NCBI GenBank assembly: GCA_009103225.1
Contig: RHPI01000977.1
Coordinates: 2,881 to 66,880 of the forward strand
DNA length: 64,000 bases
Reading direction: 5' to 3'
Source of the DNA: Chlorokybus atmophyticus
Lineage: Eukaryota; Plantae; Mesostigma and Chlorokybus algae
Part shown: piece by piece, positions 60,201 through 64,000 of the stretch
Layout of the letters: each line of letters starts with the position of its first letter
Numbering within the stretch: position 1 is the first letter of the stretch
Notes under the pieces: model-generated
The model's input: the letters and a program-made list of their open reading frames with translations, nothing else
Told to the model about the DNA's origin: nothing
Database searches by the model: none
Position numbers and translations under genes: made by a program

Positions 60201-62132
60201 CTCGCGCCAGTCCGGACCACATCTTGCTCTGCCACATGCTGCGTGCTTTGGCACAGAGTGTGTATGCGCTGGGGCCGCTTCCTGTCCTGCGACAGCCTTG
60301 CAATCGTAAGCTCGCAGACTCTGCCAAAACCGCAATCAATCCTAATTCTGTTCGGTCGTGTGAACCAGCAGCCTCCTTATTTTGCACCATATACCCGCTC
60401 GTACCGGGGGCTCCACGGCAACATTAGCCCTGTCGCCCCGGTACTCGGTGTATATCTAGTACGTGTTATGATAGGCTCAGGCTACCACTGGTGGCATGCG
60501 TCTCCTGGTTCATAGGTCAAGCACGTCATGGGTTGGGGTTGTCGTGACAAAGTCAAGACAACCCCAACCCATTCGTTAATGCATTCCAGGTTGGATGCCG
60601 CTTACCTGTTCAACGACCGGATCTGCACCCGCGCGCGGCACTTTGTCCCGGTACCTGTCACTGCGTCAGCCTTAGAGGACGCAGCGGGCGGCATGGGCGC
60701 GGACCAGAGCGAGCGCGTGAGCAGCGGCGGGGCGGAGGGGCGACGACGACGCACACACAAGCGGGGGGCACCACGCAGCCAGCTGACACCGCACCGGGCG
60801 AAGGTGCGTTGCCGTTTGTGGTTCGTGAGGCCGCTGCTTGCGGCGAGCACAGCATGCCAGAACAGCATGCCAACTAGCTAGCCACACCTAGGGAAACCAT
60901 GCAATGCTTGACAACGTGCATGTCACTCGGTGCAAGATGGGGGTGCTGGCGTTGGTTAGTAGTGGTGCATGGCAGGACAATTGCTAGTTCATCTTGTAAA
61001 TTGCATGTGCATGCAAATGAGCAGTTCATAAGATGTCAACCGTTCAGTGAGTGTTAGGGTTGGCCGCAATCTCAGTGCAGCCGCCCGCTGGTTGCGTGTT
61101 GTGAATCTTGGAGACTACACAGTGTCAGTTCACACCGACACTGACACTGGGTGAGCAAAGCCAACGGTCGACCAGCTCTAAAAGCATTCAATCCATACCT
61201 GGCTGAGTAGTTTCCTGTTGGCCTGGGCAACGGCGGTAGCAGTGGCAGGACGTGGAGCGGCTGGTGTTGTGAAGGTGCCGTCAGCTGTGCTGGACGTCGT
61301 TTGGAGAAATGGTAGTGGTTTGCGCGCTGACTGTAGGCGGAGTCGCCATCCAAGCTGGCTCCCATGTTGGCACGCGCTAGTAGGTATGAGGCAGGCGCTA
61401 AGGCTATCAGCATCAGCATCAACCTGCGCAATCCGTATGTTCACTATGCTTACGTACACTGAGTTCTGAACACTGTGTGGGGTGTTGAAACACAGTGCAT
61501 TCGCTGTGCGAAAACAAGTCGTATAAACTGCATAGCCACATGTCAGCACAATTGCCGGATGCGGTGGCTTTGGTTGGCTGCCTGTATGGTATGCAGAAGT
61601 GTAGTGCACAAGCAAGGCAATACACTTGTCACTTACTTGAGCTTGCATAGTGCGCAAGTTGCACCTTCTCAATGCAAAGTCTGCATATGTGGCTTCATCG
61701 CACAAACGCTGTACTGTGCATGCATTGCACATGCACTGTGCATGCTCTGCGTCAAGCTCTGAGTGCTCGTATTCTCAGCGCGCGGTTCTTTTCATCAAGG
61801 GGAGGCTAGAGCAGTAGCGGCAGCGTAAGTGGATATGGGAGCGGAGGGCCTGAGAGTTGCGGTGCAGCAATAAGCTGTCGACGTTTCTGTTGTTAAGCAA
61901 CGTCAGCTGCGTTGCAAGGCAGCAGGCAGCTGGCCGTAGCGGCGGCGGAGTCTTGTTCCTCAACTGCAGGTATGCTTCAAGCCATTGACTGATTGAAGCC
62001 TTACTGAGCAGCTCCTCAGTGTAAATGACTCACTGCAGGCTGTAGTTGGACACCCTCACTGTACCACCCTTCAACCTGGTGCTGTGCTGCTGCGGCTGCC
62101 GCTGGTGGTGTATTGCAGCGTACCGTGGAGTC

Positions 62133-62704
62133 ATGGCTGCGTATCAAGGGGAACAGTATGACGTCTTTCTCTGTCATCGGGGTCCGGATACAAAGATACA
62201 TTTCAGCGTGTGGCTGAAGCGCGAGCTTGAAGGGAAGAAGCTACAGGTGTTCCTTGCTGATAGGTCAATGGGTACAGGAGATCATGCGTCTGAAACAATG
62301 AACGCAGCCATAAAGACGGCAACATGCGATCTTGTGGTGCTGTCTCGGGGGTTCTTTGTTAGCAGATGGTGCATGCAAGAGCTCCGCAACTTCCTGGATT
62401 GAGGAAACTGCACACCAGTCTGGTACGATGTCACCCCGGATGACATAAACGCAGAGAAGATCAGGAACAAAGAAGGTACATTGCGACATGGTTGACATCT
62501 CAAATGGGATTCTTGCCCCTTCCTCAGGCTAACCCTTAATGCATCTATCAGGTTAGGTGAAGTGTGGAAGCATCACGGGGGCGAGCTGTGGACAAGCTGC
62601 AGTATGACTCAAGCGGACTGGATATGAACAGTTAAGACCTTGCAGATGTATGCATGGACAACACCAAGAGATATGATAATTACCAAGACACCTATGTCGA
62701 TGCG
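62133..62704 (+). pseudogene. Truncated TIR paralog of the 44.2-kb gene
   Basis: YDVFLCHRGPDTK..SRWCMQEL; TGA at 62400 and 62625 where the paralog has CGT and CGA; homology ends near 62704 before any NB-ARC. Confidence 0.9.
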
Positions 62705-63371
62705 TATGCAGATCCCCAAGAGTGTGTATATGCGTGCCCGCGTGGGTACGTGTGTGTGTGTGCGTGCAAGCATGTTATGATACACAGCATCAAACGTCTG
62801 GTGTAGCAAAGTCCTGCACAATTCCCCCCGCTCCATATCTGTAACCTTCTGCACAGTCCCAACAAATGTGAGTGTGTGTGCTTGCACGTGCGGCGCATTG
62901 CTGCATGTGTATGCACGGAGGTATCCTTACATGTGCGTGTACGCAAGTAGGTACACAACACAAAGAGCCACAAGTTCAACAACATGCATATGGTATAGCA
63001 GTCGGGGCCATTAGCACAAGTAGCACACAAGACCAACCATCATTAACCATAGAGCCAACAGCCAGCTTACTACCACACAGCAAGCTAGCACAGCTACGGG
63101 GGGCTGGTCTATGTGCACCTATGTGCGTGCAATGGCAACAGCAACCGAGGGTGGATGGTCACAGCACATGCATGTATGCACCGCACTCATACATGCATTA
63201 GCTGACCGAAGACAGTTGATATCCCGTCGTGAATCTCCAAGGACAAAATTTATGCACTCCGATCGCTCGACCTGTTTGTTGATTCATTGTATGCGCACAA
63301 CAATGCTGCAAACCGTGTAAGGTCAACAAGCCAGCAAGCACCTGCACACGCACACACATGCTCCACGACAA

Positions 63372-63550
63372 ACATCATCATCATCAGCAGCAGCAGCAGC
63401 AGCACCAACAACCACACCCACCACCACCACCACCACAACATTAGTAACGACAGAGTAACAGAGGGATGACTTGGGAATCGTTGAGTCAGAAGTTGTTGTT
63501 ATTGTTGTTGTTATTGTTGTTGTTGCTCAATAGAAGTTTATGTTGTTGTT
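63372..63550. repeat. Compound trinucleotide microsatellites (CAT/CAG/CAC; TTG)
   Basis: Directly visible. Confidence 0.9.
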
Positions 63551-64000
63551 GCGGTTTTTACTATCAGTACCAACCCCACCTTGCTCATAACTCCGTTGAT
63601 GGCACACAGGGTCACCATGGCGACGAAACAGCCCCGCCATCAGCCTGTGAATTTGTTTTTCTTCCAATATGCTCCGCCTCTTTGTGGGGACGGCAATAAG
63701 GTTCCGCACCAGCTGTGTGCGTGTGTGCGCGTGTGCATGCGCGCCAATAGGCATTGTTTGAGGGGTGACAGATAGCACTGAGTTTGGAGAGAAGAATAAG
63801 CTAGCGTGCAATGCGTTACAAAACACACGAATCGCACGCACGCACGCACGCTCGCACGAACGCACGCACGCGCCTTACTACTAACCCGTAGATCCGTGTT
63901 TTCCAGCATGGACCCCTTGAGCAGCACTTGGCAGGGCCCAATAACAGTCTTTTGCTCTCACGTGCACAAATGGCACACGTTATCCCCCCGCGCCCCCCCC

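Noticed and set aside
60528-60572. Perfect 16-bp hairpin as a Helitron end or terminator
   Set aside because: No CTRR at the expected distance on either strand; left unexplained.

Overview
Eukaryotic, intron-rich nuclear DNA from the green-plant lineage, probably a streptophyte alga or early land plant. This is inferred from the plant-type UGLYAH, the TIR-NB-ARC-TPR gene and the Gypsy-DNMT element, and is not proven. The window is transposon-dominated. (1) 1-12.8 kb: two sibling, decayed Ty3/Gypsy elements; the fuller copy carries a C5 cytosine-methyltransferase domain between protease and RT, a C-terminal PHD finger, and terminal repeats that are inverted rather than direct. (2) 15.2-22.3 kb: a full-length decayed chromovirus with direct LTRs and TSD CCCGC. 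(3) 29,269-42,244: a 13-kb Academ(X)-like DNA transposon with perfect 21-bp TIRs and a 4-bp TSD (CTGA). It encodes a spliced DDE-transposase/XPG-PIN/CXC protein plus a cargo gene whose four predicted exons splice into one open 500-aa frame: BED-like Zn finger + Tudor + phage-type C5 DNA methyltransferase with intact SPPCQ. This cargo is the best candidate for an undescribed system. (4) 43-63 kb: an immune-like cluster (TIR-NB-ARC-TPR gene with frameshifts, TIR pseudogene, LRR remnant, duplicated small membrane-protein gene) and a UGLYAH pseudogene. All domain calls were made by eye from motifs; no database search was run. The sequence contains Ns, and some 1-bp frameshifts could be assembly errors.
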